A stretch of 64,000 nucleotides of DNA from Gemmatimonadota bacterium. GTDB taxonomy: Bacteria; Gemmatimonadota; Gemmatimonadetes; Gemmatimonadales; GWC2-71-9. Positions 37,514-46,920 of the stretch are shown piece after piece; position 1 is the first letter of the stretch, and each line of letters starts with the position of its first letter. The DNA is taken from the NCBI GenBank assembly GCA_036679605.1, contig JAZDCZ010000180.1:32001-96000 (forward strand), written 5' to 3'. The notes under the pieces are model-generated. The model made no database searches. It had not been told where the DNA came from and saw only the letters and a list, made by a program, of their open reading frames with translations. A program made the translations under genes and the position numbers.

Positions 37514-39354
37514 GGCAACCCTCGACGATGCCGTAAGGCCCACTCCACTGCGAAAGCAGCAACCACGATCACAAAGAGCCACCACTTCTCTCGGGCGAAC
37601 CGCTCGACGAGGGTTGTTCCTAACCCGGCCGACTCACTCCGGATCGTCACGGGTCGCGGGTGGTATTCATCCGAGTAGCGCTCGACCACACTTTGTCCTG
37701 ACAATCGGGGCGTTAGCGTTGGGGTAGACCAGGCGTAGACGCCCGGATCAAGCAACCATGTTGCGACACCACTTGCATCGAATCGAAGTGTCGCCGTTAT
37801 CGTATTCGAACCACTCTCCGGGGCAAAAGAGACGGTCAATGAGTCGGGAATCGAGTCTCCGGTCCAGCGGAACACTGTGGGGTCACCGCGCACGACCACC
37901 GGACTCGCCGATAGCACAGCTCTTCGCCTCACCACTTCCGATCCGAGTAGCCAGTCTACACCTGCGGCAAGAACAGCTCTATACGCTTCACGCGCTGCAC
38001 CGCCCCGGAAGCTCCAACGCCACAAGCCGGCACCGGCCGTCACGAGCCGCCTGACACCGGCGGAGTCGCTACCCAGGAGAACCGCCCGCTCCGCCCCCCG
38101 CCTCCCCCGGCGCGCAGTCAAAACGACCCACTCGTCCGCTGCCGGCACCAGCGGGATCACTCCGGTCAAGGGCGGAAGCGAATCCGTCTCTATGCCGCCT
38201 AGACGTCTCCCCAGCGGGGAAGGCGGAACGCCATTCGTCAGATACCAGTCCCCGGGAAAGAATTCGGTCAGTGTGTCGCTCGATGCCGGCCAGTGCCATA
38301 CTGGCCGTCTTTTTACTCCAGGCACTTCTACCGGTGCCCTCCCACCCCGTGTCACTAGAAGACCTGCGTTCGCGGCGGCCGTCCGAACAGTCTGTTGAGA
38401 GACCGACTCTAGCGTACGGGTGTCGACCCAGCGATCAAGCGATATTCGTGCATAGGACTGTACGCTTCTCTCGAGTATTGCAGATAGTTCCGTTACCAGA
38501 AAACGCCCTTCCCAATCTGAAGGATCGACTACTACTACCACAGACCGTTGCCGAGTCACGGTGACCACACGATCCCGTTCGTCATCCCCGGCTATCGAAT
38601 CACCCTCCATTCTCAACCGGAAGTGCAGGACGGCCGGACCTACCGACAGTGCCCGTGGGCGCAGAGTCAACGTCCTCTTCGCAACACCAGGAGACGGTGG
38701 CAGTCGCAACACCGCCGTGTGGATGACACGATCTCCCAATAACACGTCTAGTGTCGCGCGACTAGTATCTGCGCTGTTCCACGTACCGATTGTCAGGCCG
38801 ATGCGAACGGAGTCGTCAAGTTGCACGCGATCCGGCAACTTCACGTCGAGCAAAGCAGCATTTAGAAGAGTGTCGCGGGGAAGCAGGATAGTCGTTACGC
38901 CTTGCAGCAGCGATGGCGCTATCGTGGCAGCATCATCGATCTCGCCATCGGTGACAACATACACGGGGCCGCCCGAGGCTCTCGCTGCCCGCACTGCCTC
39001 GTCGAGATGCGAAGTTCCCGCTGAGGGAGGGAGGGTATCGAATCGGCTCAAGCCACTGCCGAATCTGGTGACCGTTCCACCGGTGCCCGCTATCGCACGC
39101 GCCGTGTCAATTGCCGCGTTCCACTGCCCACCGTTGACACCCATACTAAGCGATTCATCCAAGAGGACCACAGCTGCGCCCCCGGAGACTCGTACAGTGC
39201 TTCCCGGGTTCACAAGAAGCAACAGAAGGGAGCCAAGCCCCATGGTTCTGAGCGCTGCCAGCCCCAGACCCTGCAACCCCAATCCCTCCCTAATCACATA
39301 GACGAAGCCGGCGACGCCCGCCACGACGAGAACTCCAAGTCCTACCGCGAGCAC
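37510..39354 (-). CDS. membrane-anchored vWA (MIDAS) domain protein
   Basis: N-terminal TM helices, LLDESLSM (DxSxS), GTS, VVTDGE, beta-rich Ig-like region, C-terminal TM ending EWALRHRRGLP. Confidence 0.7.
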   Translation of the reverse strand: MLAVGLGVLVVAGVAGFVYVIREGLGLQGLGLAALRTMGLGSLLLLLVNPGSTVRVSGGAAVVLLDESLSMGVNGGQWNAAIDTARAIAGTGGTVTRFGSGLSRFDTLPPSAGTSHLDEAVRAARASGGPVYVVTDGEIDDAATIAPSLLQGVTTILLPRDTLLNAALLDVKLPDRVQLDDSVRIGLTIGTWNSADTSRATLDVLLGDRVIHTAVLRLPPSPGVAKRTLTLRPRALSVGPAVLHFRLRMEGDSIAGDDERDRVVTVTRQRSVVVVVDPSDWEGRFLVTELSAILERSVQSYARISLDRWVDTRTLESVSQQTVRTAAANAGLLVTRGGRAPVEVPGVKRRPVWHWPASSDTLTEFFPGDWYLTNGVPPSPLGRRLGGIETDSLPPLTGVIPLVPAADEWVVLTARRGRRGAERAVLLGSDSAGVRRLVTAGAGLWRWSFRGGAAREAYRAVLAAGVDWLLGSEVVRRRAVLSASPVVVRGDPTVFRWTGDSIPDSLTVSFAPESGSNTITATLRFDASGVATWLLDPGVYAWSTPTLTPRLSGQSVVERYSDEYHPRPVTIRSESAGLGTTLVERFAREKWWLFVIVVAAFAVEWALRHRRGLP

Positions 39355-40052
39355 TCTAGCGCCTCTTGCAATGTGAAGCGTCCCTCGTAGATCGCGCGCC
39401 CCACTATGGCGCCGACGAGTCCGGCCGCGGCTGCCCGGCACAGATCGTCGGTTCCCGAGACGCCGCCTGCAACGATCACATCGGCACCCAGTCCGACAAT
39501 TCTTTGCGCGCCAGCCACGTCCGCGCCGCTCACCAATCCGTCTCTCAAGAGGTTACGGTACACAATAGTCTTTACACCGTAGTCCAAAGCGCGATTCACG
39601 AGATCGGGCACGGACTCCTTCACCATTCCACCTTTTCGCAAAGCCGGCTCGCCACCATGAGTATCGATCGCCAGCGCGCACTTTTGCGCTCCGATTTCAG
39701 CTACCAGACTCGCAAACAGCTGGGGCTCAACCGCCGCACTCGTTCCCAGAACCACTCTGTCAGCTCCCGATCGTGCCGCGTCACGAGCCCATCCGATATC
39801 GCTGATGTCGCCGCCCACCTGTATGCTGACATCGTCCATGCTAGCGATCTGCCGAACCACTTCCATGTTGTCGCCACCGGAACCGAATGCGCGATCCATG
39901 TCGACAACGTGGATCCAATTCACACCGTCGCGAACGAACTGCCTGGCCTGCGCTATGGGATCGTCGGAATATCTTGTCTCGCGGAGGTTTTCACCTTCCA
40001 GCAGACGGACTACCCGTCCGCCCTTGATATCGATGGCGGGGTAGATTTGCAC
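39342..40052 (-). CDS. hisA: HisA-like TIM-barrel isomerase (divergent motifs)
   Basis: PAIDIKGGRVVRL, IHVVDMD, VVLGTSA, RDG, AGGV, IVGRAIYEG; GGGIR replaced by GGDIS. Confidence 0.8.
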   Translation of the reverse strand: MQIYPAIDIKGGRVVRLLEGENLRETRYSDDPIAQARQFVRDGVNWIHVVDMDRAFGSGGDNMEVVRQIASMDDVSIQVGGDISDIGWARDAARSGADRVVLGTSAAVEPQLFASLVAEIGAQKCALAIDTHGGEPALRKGGMVKESVPDLVNRALDYGVKTIVYRNLLRDGLVSGADVAGAQRIVGLGADVIVAGGVSGTDDLCRAAAAGLVGAIVGRAIYEGRFTLQEALECSR

Positions 40053-40070
40053 GAATTGTATCCGAGAAAA

Positions 40071-41318
40071 TTAGTCTACGGATGCCGGTTTCAGGGATCT
40101 AAGCAGCCCGTCGTAGGTCATCTTTAGTGACTCGAACTCCGCGCGCAACTGCTTCGGCACTGGTCTACCATCCCCTCTCTGCGCCACTCGGGGATCGCGA
40201 TGGCTGCCACTCTTGAGAAATTCGTAGTGAACGTGAGGGGCGCTGGCCAAACCAGTCATGCCAACGTAACCGATGACTTGTCCCTGCTTCACCCGGACTC
40301 CCGCTTTGATACCCCGCGCCACGCCACGCATGTGTCCGTACCTCGTCTCGATGCCGTTTGGGTGCCGGATGGCCACCATGATACCGTAGGTGCCCCACCT
40401 GCCTGCTCGAACAACCGTGCCGTCGCCCGTGGACTCAATGGGCGAACCAGTCACTGCTGCATAGTCGATTCCTAGGTGCGGGCGATAACGCTTCAGAATC
40501 GGGTGGAACCGTCGTTTCGAGAAACGCGATGTGAGTCGCGCAAACGACACAGGATAGATCTTGAAGGAACGACGCAACGAAAGACCGTCAGCATCGTAGT
40601 AGACGTTGCGACCATTCTTGTCCGTCATGACATAGGCCGTGTTCTCAACTCCACGTGTGTTGATCTTCGCTGCCACTACCCGGCCGAATCGGATATCGCC
40701 CATGGGCGATGTCAATCGCTCAAACAACAGGCTGAAACGATCTCCAGGGTACAAGTCGCGGTAGAAATCGATGATCCAACCGTAGACGCCATCCGCCAGA
40801 TCCCAGGCCAACCTGGTACGCTCCGCCCTGGGGAGAATCGAATCCGGAATCAACGCATCTAAGGTCTCGTACAGAGAAGAGCTAATCGTACCCTCCGCGC
40901 GCTCCATATGTACTGACCAGACGATCTCTTTGGACTCAGACGACCAGGAGTGGGTCGAGTCACGCGAGATAGTCAGGATGCGCTCATCACCCAGTCGGAC
41001 CACTATTTGGTCAGGGATATCTTCGCCGATGGCGTAGCGAAAACGGAACACCTGCTGCGGAAGGATGCGTCGAGGATTCAAACCATCGGCGGCCCGCATC
41101 ACCGCTACCAGTTCGTTTCCAGCAATATTGTGGCGGGCAAAGATATGTGAGAGGGTTTGGTTGTGCTGAACAGTGTCAGCACGTTCAACGTATGCCTTGC
41201 TTATGACAATTGGCGTAGCGACAGGCAGCCGTGATGAGGCAGCCACGCCGGCGGTCCACAGTACCAAGGCAAGCATAACGCCACCGCCCAACAGCGCTTT
41301 GACAGCCTTGGCAAGCAT
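40071..41318 (-). CDS. M23 family peptidoglycan DD-metalloendopeptidase (MepM-like)
   Basis: RFHPIL..HLGIDY (HxxxD), YGHM, QGQVIGYVGMTG, PHVHYE (HxH); N-terminal anchor. Confidence 0.92.
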   Translation of the reverse strand: MLAKAVKALLGGGVMLALVLWTAGVAASSRLPVATPIVISKAYVERADTVQHNQTLSHIFARHNIAGNELVAVMRAADGLNPRRILPQQVFRFRYAIGEDIPDQIVVRLGDERILTISRDSTHSWSSESKEIVWSVHMERAEGTISSSLYETLDALIPDSILPRAERTRLAWDLADGVYGWIIDFYRDLYPGDRFSLLFERLTSPMGDIRFGRVVAAKINTRGVENTAYVMTDKNGRNVYYDADGLSLRRSFKIYPVSFARLTSRFSKRRFHPILKRYRPHLGIDYAAVTGSPIESTGDGTVVRAGRWGTYGIMVAIRHPNGIETRYGHMRGVARGIKAGVRVKQGQVIGYVGMTGLASAPHVHYEFLKSGSHRDPRVAQRGDGRPVPKQLRAEFESLKMTYDGLLRSLKPASVD

Positions 41319-42469
41319 CAATCCATCTGCCGCCGAATAAACGTTGGGATCTCCATTTCGGAGATTCCAAGATTCGCGTCGGTTTGTGGAGCTGCGAGCT
41401 TAGGCATCGCAGAAGTCTTCGGCACCACCGCTGGTTGTGAATGACGTTGCGGGAACGGAAGCACTCCCGGCGCTGACCCACGGCCGAACGGCCCCTCGAC
41501 CTGACCCAAAGCGCGATCGAACCCGGTCGCGATGACCGTGACTCTAATCTCTCCCTCCATGGCAGGGTCGTGGACGGCTCCAAAGATGATCTCTGCCTGA
41601 TCGCCGGCGGCATCGTGAATAATGCCGCTGACCTGATTGACCTCTCCCAACGTGAGGTCCTGGCCGCCCGTGATATTGACCAGCACTCCGGTCGAGCCGT
41701 TTATGGAAACATCGTCGAGAAGCGGACTGGAGATGGCCTGCTGAGCGGCCTCTAGCGCACGATCCTCTCCTCGGGATATCCCGGTTCCCATGAGTGCCGA
41801 GCCACCGTTCTGCATCACCGTTCTCACGTCGGCGAAGTCGACGTTCACCAAACCTGTGACACTGATCAAGGTGGAGATCCCCTGCGTAGCGTGCAGCAGA
41901 ACCTCATCCGCCTTCTTTAGGGCGTCTTGGAAAGGAACGTTCTTGCCGACCACGGCCAGAAGGCGCTCGTTGGGTACCACGATCATGGTGTCCACGTGGC
42001 GGTTCATTTCGGAGATCCCGATCTCGGCCTGTCGCATCCGTTTCCGACCCTCAAACAGGAACGGCTTCGTGATGATGCCGACAGTCAGCGCCCCAACGTC
42101 GCGTGCAAGCTGCGCGATAATCGGGGAGGCTCCAGTGCCGGTACCTCCACCCATGCCACAGGTCACGAATACCAGATCCGCACCCTCCAGCACAGCCAGC
42201 ACATCGTCGCGGTTCTCCTCGATTGCCTGACGCCCAATTTCCGGTCGGGCACCCGCACCCAGCCCGCGAGTGAGCTTCTTGCCGAGCTGGACCTTTAGAT
42301 CGGCATTGTTATTCTGCAATGACTGGGCATCGGTATTGACCGAGATGAACTCTACACCCATTAGGTGCTCGGCTACCATCCGGTTGACGGCGTTGCCACC
42401 TCCACCGCCTACACCAACGACTTTCATCCGAGCGTTTTGCGCGACAGTTTCTTCGAGTTCGAAAACCAT
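41318..42469 (-). CDS. ftsZ: cell division protein FtsZ
   Basis: GVGGGGGNAV, GMGGGTGTG, NVDFAD, C-terminal EIPTFIRRQMD. Confidence 0.99.
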   Translation of the reverse strand: MVFELEETVAQNARMKVVGVGGGGGNAVNRMVAEHLMGVEFISVNTDAQSLQNNNADLKVQLGKKLTRGLGAGARPEIGRQAIEENRDDVLAVLEGADLVFVTCGMGGGTGTGASPIIAQLARDVGALTVGIITKPFLFEGRKRMRQAEIGISEMNRHVDTMIVVPNERLLAVVGKNVPFQDALKKADEVLLHATQGISTLISVTGLVNVDFADVRTVMQNGGSALMGTGISRGEDRALEAAQQAISSPLLDDVSINGSTGVLVNITGGQDLTLGEVNQVSGIIHDAAGDQAEIIFGAVHDPAMEGEIRVTVIATGFDRALGQVEGPFGRGSAPGVLPFPQRHSQPAVVPKTSAMPKLAAPQTDANLGISEMEIPTFIRRQMD

Positions 42470-42491
42470 GGAACCCTCTTAACCCATAATT

Positions 42492-43724
42492 TTAGAAAAA
42501 ATCCTGCAACCAGCGCTTCACAGGTCTGAACAATCTATCTACACCGGGTGCATCGTCATCCGCGCCCCTCACCATTTCCGTCGATCCATACAGGGCCAGC
42601 CCCACCGGCACGGCATAACGCGGAGCTTGAACGCTGTCGACGAGACCAGTGATTCCCTGCTCCGGCACACCCTTTCGTACCGGCATAGCGAACACCTCTC
42701 TCGCAAGCTCTATCACACCGGCGAGCTGAGCACCACCACCCGTCAGGATCGCACCGGCCGGCAACCGGCTCCTGAAACCGGCTTGCTCAATCTGATCCAA
42801 AACCAAGCCCAGGATCTCATCCAGACGTTGGTGGATAATATGTGCCAACAACTCTCGCTTGACCTGCCGGGGTCCCTGACCCGGCGTTCCCGGCAAATCT
42901 ACCACCTCAGCGGCATCTACCAACGGGCTATATGCCACGCCCCAGCGTTCCTTGATCCGCTCAGCATCGCTCTGCGTCACGCCCAAACCCTGCACCATGT
43001 CGCTAGTCACGTGCGATCCGGCGAACGGAAGAGAAGCAAGGTGCTTGAGCTTGCCATCGTGCAGAATCGACACTGTGGTCGATCCGCCTCCAAGCTCGAC
43101 CAGGGCGCACCCTAGCTCCTTCTCGTCCTCCGTGACCGCTGCCAGAGAAGCCGCCAAGGGCTCCAGCACCAGCCTCTTAACCCGGTAGCCCGCCCGCTCC
43201 ACCAATTTGCGAACGTTCTGAGCGGCCTTGTTCTGGACCGCAACCAGACACATTTCTACCTCGAGCCGTAGTCCTGCCATCCCGACCGGATCGCTGATCC
43301 CCCCCTGATTATCGACCTTATACTCCTGAGGGATGTAATGCAGCAATTCGTAGTCGTCACCAAGACTCACTCTTCGAGCGACTTCGTCAACCCGTTCGAC
43401 GTCAGCGCGGGCAATCTCCTCGCTCGCGACAGACGCCAATCCAGGCGATATGCGGGTTTTTACGTGCTCTCCGGCGATGCCACAATAGACCGTTGGGACA
43501 GTGACCCCGGCCATCCGCTCTGCGTCTTTCATGGCCTGACTGGCCGACCTCGTAGCCTCCTCAATATCGGTGACCACTCCCCGCTTCACTCCGGTAGTCT
43601 TCGCAATCCCGACGCCGAGGACCTTGGCACCCGGATTTCGCGCGTCCCCCTGCGCTTCCGCTATCACCGCACAAGTCTTGGAACTCCCCAGATCGAGCCC
43701 GGCTACCAGGCGATCGCGCTTCAC
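42492..43724 (-). CDS. ftsA: cell division protein FtsA
   Basis: GLDLGSSK, PVGMAG.RLE, ELGGGST, LTGGGA, amphipathic tail KRWLQDFF. Confidence 0.96.
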   Translation of the reverse strand: MKRDRLVAGLDLGSSKTCAVIAEAQGDARNPGAKVLGVGIAKTTGVKRGVVTDIEEATRSASQAMKDAERMAGVTVPTVYCGIAGEHVKTRISPGLASVASEEIARADVERVDEVARRVSLGDDYELLHYIPQEYKVDNQGGISDPVGMAGLRLEVEMCLVAVQNKAAQNVRKLVERAGYRVKRLVLEPLAASLAAVTEDEKELGCALVELGGGSTTVSILHDGKLKHLASLPFAGSHVTSDMVQGLGVTQSDAERIKERWGVAYSPLVDAAEVVDLPGTPGQGPRQVKRELLAHIIHQRLDEILGLVLDQIEQAGFRSRLPAGAILTGGGAQLAGVIELAREVFAMPVRKGVPEQGITGLVDSVQAPRYAVPVGLALYGSTEMVRGADDDAPGVDRLFRPVKRWLQDFF

Positions 43725-44401
43725 ACTCCACTCCGACGCACGACAACCCGCCCGGAAAATCGCGCGTCAATCTGGTCGAACTGACGGCCGGTCGCCGAAA
43801 GGTGACGCCGGACCATGTCTATCGCTCTTATTTCGCTACTTGTCGGAATGCCCCTTAGCATTACCTCTTCCGATCCTAGTTCGAGGATCACTTCTCCCTC
43901 CGAGCCCAGCCTTGCGGCGTCTACCTCGCGGTACAATGAAAAGTCAGCCGTCCGCACGGTGGCGAGAACCCCTATCACCAGCGAATCAGCGCTCGGCACG
44001 ACCGGCAGATCGAGATCGATTTTGGCCGGATCATACGGCAGCGGTCGTGCGCTTGCATCCAGAGGTTGCAATCCCGATTCGGTCGGTACAAATGCGACCG
44101 GTACCCGCTCTTCCACCAGTATACGTAATGTGCCCGGTAGCCGCCGCTTCAGCTTCACATTCACCACGCCCGGCAGCCGCGACAATCGCAGCTGCACATC
44201 CCGGAACGAAGTAAACAGGTTCTGATCGGACGCCAATCCTGACCTGGCAAGCATCTGACGCGGCGACAGGTACCGGACACCAATCAACTCCACCTGCCTG
44301 ATCCGAAAGAAGCCCACCCTGCTCAGTCCGAAGGGCGCCGCAACGATCACGGCCACGACAGCCATTGCAGCCAAACCCAGTCTGAGCGGTCTCCGCATCA
44401 T
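43721..44401 (-). CDS. ftsQ: cell division protein FtsQ
   Basis: TM helix, POTRA (RRLPGTLRILVEER), C-terminal IDARF; dcw position. Confidence 0.88.
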   Translation of the reverse strand: MMRRPLRLGLAAMAVVAVIVAAPFGLSRVGFFRIRQVELIGVRYLSPRQMLARSGLASDQNLFTSFRDVQLRLSRLPGVVNVKLKRRLPGTLRILVEERVPVAFVPTESGLQPLDASARPLPYDPAKIDLDLPVVPSADSLVIGVLATVRTADFSLYREVDAARLGSEGEVILELGSEEVMLRGIPTSSEIRAIDMVRRHLSATGRQFDQIDARFSGRVVVRRSGV

Positions 44402-45777
44402 GCGGCGGTTTCCCCTAGCTTGCTGAGAAGCTCCGGCCCTACCTCAGTAATGTCACCCGCTCCCAAAGTAACTACCACATCGCCGTCACGAACCAAGTCT
44501 GCCAGGATCCTGGAGATGTCTCTCATATCGGGCACCCATTCCACTCCTATGCCGGCACTCGCGGCGGCATCCGAAACCATGGATCCGCTGACACCCTCGA
44601 TTGGTGCTTCTCGTGCCGGGTAGATTTCTGTCACAACCGCGAGATCAGCAGCTGCCAATGCGATCCCAAGGGCTTCACCGTGGTTCTTGGTCCGCGAATA
44701 GAGGTGCGGCTGGAAGACCGCGACCAATCTCCGACCGGGAAACCGCTGACGCGCAGCCCCTAGAGTTGCAACGACCTCGGTGGGATGATGTGCGTAGTCA
44801 TCCACGACCGTGACCCCACCGGAGGTTCCCAGGATCTGAAATCTCCGCTCCACGCCTTCGAAGTCACTAAGGCCAGCCGCTGCACTCGCAACGTCTCCGT
44901 CAAGGGCGAGGGTAGTGCCAACCGCCATCGCTGCATTACGAAGGTTGTGAAGTCCCGGTACCCTAAGTGCGAGTTCGACTAGATCACCGTTGGGGAGTGA
45001 CAGCTTGGCGCAGTTGCGCTGCGCATCTGCCTTCAGATCGCTCAGTCTAATGTCTGCAGATTTCGAAAGGCCCACGCTCCACTTGGGTACCTCAACTGCC
45101 CTACCGATTCGTGCCGAGCCCCGATCGTCGGCACCAACTAGCAACCGACTCGCTCTATTGGCGAATTCAACAAACGCTGCTTCCAACACCTCGATCGTGC
45201 CGTAACATTCCAGATGATCGGATTCGACGTTGTTGATCACGGCGATGTCGGGATGGAGTGACAAGAACGCACGATCGTATTCGTCGGCCTCGACAACAAA
45301 CAGATCGCTCTTACCAATGCTCGCGTTACCTCCCCAGGAATCGATGCGCCCGCCGACTATTCCGGTGGGATCCATGCCCGCCGCCCGCAACGCCGTCGTC
45401 ACCATTGCCGAGGTGGTGGTCTTGCCGTGTGTGCCAGCTACCGCAGCAACCACTCCGTGCTTTACCACCTCGTCCAACGCATCGGCACGACGGACCACCG
45501 CGACACCCAGATCCCGCGCAGCCTGCAGTTCGGCGTGCTCAGGATCCACTGCTGCGGTGTAAACCACTGCCCTAGCACCGTTTACGTGTTCTGGGTCGTG
45601 CCCGCAATGTACCGGTATCCCGGCGTTCAGAAAGTCGGCTGCTGCCCTAGGTTCAGTGTCACATCCGGTAACTGGCACACCCCGGCTCTTAGCAATGAGT
45701 GCCAGCGCGCTCATCCCTGCACCAGCTATCCCCATGAAGTGGATGGGTCGGGGATCGTCAAGGATGAACAGATGCAT
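44398..45777 (-). CDS. murC: UDP-N-acetylmuramate--L-alanine ligase
   Basis: GIAGAGMSALA, GTHGKTTT, EADEYD, DDYAHHPTE, FQPHLYSRT. Confidence 0.97.
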   Translation of the reverse strand: MHLFILDDPRPIHFMGIAGAGMSALALIAKSRGVPVTGCDTEPRAAADFLNAGIPVHCGHDPEHVNGARAVVYTAAVDPEHAELQAARDLGVAVVRRADALDEVVKHGVVAAVAGTHGKTTTSAMVTTALRAAGMDPTGIVGGRIDSWGGNASIGKSDLFVVEADEYDRAFLSLHPDIAVINNVESDHLECYGTIEVLEAAFVEFANRASRLLVGADDRGSARIGRAVEVPKWSVGLSKSADIRLSDLKADAQRNCAKLSLPNGDLVELALRVPGLHNLRNAAMAVGTTLALDGDVASAAAGLSDFEGVERRFQILGTSGGVTVVDDYAHHPTEVVATLGAARQRFPGRRLVAVFQPHLYSRTKNHGEALGIALAAADLAVVTEIYPAREAPIEGVSGSMVSDAAASAGIGVEWVPDMRDISRILADLVRDGDVVVTLGAGDITEVGPELLSKLGETAA

Positions 45778-45789
45778 CGGCGGGAAGCA

Positions 45790-45817
45790 AATATAAGAAA
45801 AACTCGAAAGTTGCGAA
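45790..45817 (-). promoter_or_regulatory. candidate internal dcw promoter upstream of murC
   Basis: AT-rich 51-nt gap containing TTCGCA-16-TATATT, 12 nt before the murC ATG. Confidence 0.4.
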
Positions 45818-45828
45818 AGGCCTTGGAC

Positions 45829-46920
45829 TTAGCTCACTATGGCCAGTAGCTCAGAGGCGATTTTTTGAGCTGCGTCCGGCCGCCCCCGAGACCGCGCAGC
45901 CCGGCTCATAGCCGTTCGCCGGTCACCGTCCGCGAGCAACTCACCGAGCGATGCCAGCAACCTCTCGGGACTCAGATCCGATTCCGGTAGGTGGAGCGCC
46001 GCTCCCACTGCAGCTAGAGCCTCAGCATTCCGAGCCTGGTGCTGGCCCGCTGCTGTTGGCAGAGGTATGAGCACCGCCGGCAAGCCCCACGCGCAAATCT
46101 CAGCCGTGGTCATGGCCCCGGCCCGGCAAACCACCAATTCAGACACGGCATAGGCCTCCGCGATCGGATCCCAAAAGGGTCTCACGTATCGCGCAGGTGG
46201 GGAGTGGAGTTGTTTCAGATCTTGCCACATATGCTGGCCAGTGCTCCACAAGAGTGCGACATCGGTAAGCCGTTGCGATTCCACTAGAGTCCGCACAGCC
46301 CGGTTGATGGCTCTGGCCCCCTGGCTCCCACCCATCACGAACACCACTGGAACACCGTCGGGAATTCCGATCGCCCTTCTGGCAGCGCTGCGATCGGGCA
46401 ATGGGCTGGGAGGCGCCTGTATCGGATTCCCGTAGGACCTCACCAGGGTATTGCGGCCGGGCTTCAGGTGTGCTGATGCCTCCGGAAACCCCAGATGTAC
46501 TTGTCGAGCTTTGCGCGCTAGCAGCCGCGTCACCAAACCGGGATATGCGTTTTGCTCTTGCAGTCCCACTGGGAACCCAGCACGCATCGCCTGGAACAGC
46601 ACCGGACCTGCCACGTAGCCGCCTGTTCCCACCACCATGGCCGGCCGCTCCGATTCGAGGACCTTGCGGCACTCCGCTAGTACGCGCCACGCTAACGTCG
46701 GCCATCGAAGATTCCGCCACAATTCGCGACGATAAATGGGATGGAGTGGAAGGAGGTGATGCTTGTAGGCCCTCGTGGGCAAAATGCTTGCTTCAACTCC
46801 TCGCTCGGCTCCGACGAGGACGGGCTCCACTGCGTCATCCAATTCGGTGAACGCATCTGCCAGAGCCAGGGCCGGCATGAGGTGTCCGCCGGTGCCCCCT
46901 CCCGCGATCAGAACCTTCAA
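45829..46920 (-). CDS. murG: undecaprenyl-PP-MurNAc-pentapeptide GlcNAc transferase
   Basis: GGGTGGH, GTGGY, EQNAYPG, GNP, GGSQGA, RAGAMT, HQARNA. Confidence 0.97.
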   Translation of the reverse strand: MKVLIAGGGTGGHLMPALALADAFTELDDAVEPVLVGAERGVEASILPTRAYKHHLLPLHPIYRRELWRNLRWPTLAWRVLAECRKVLESERPAMVVGTGGYVAGPVLFQAMRAGFPVGLQEQNAYPGLVTRLLARKARQVHLGFPEASAHLKPGRNTLVRSYGNPIQAPPSPLPDRSAARRAIGIPDGVPVVFVMGGSQGARAINRAVRTLVESQRLTDVALLWSTGQHMWQDLKQLHSPPARYVRPFWDPIAEAYAVSELVVCRAGAMTTAEICAWGLPAVLIPLPTAAGQHQARNAEALAAVGAALHLPESDLSPERLLASLGELLADGDRRTAMSRAARSRGRPDAAQKIASELLAIVS

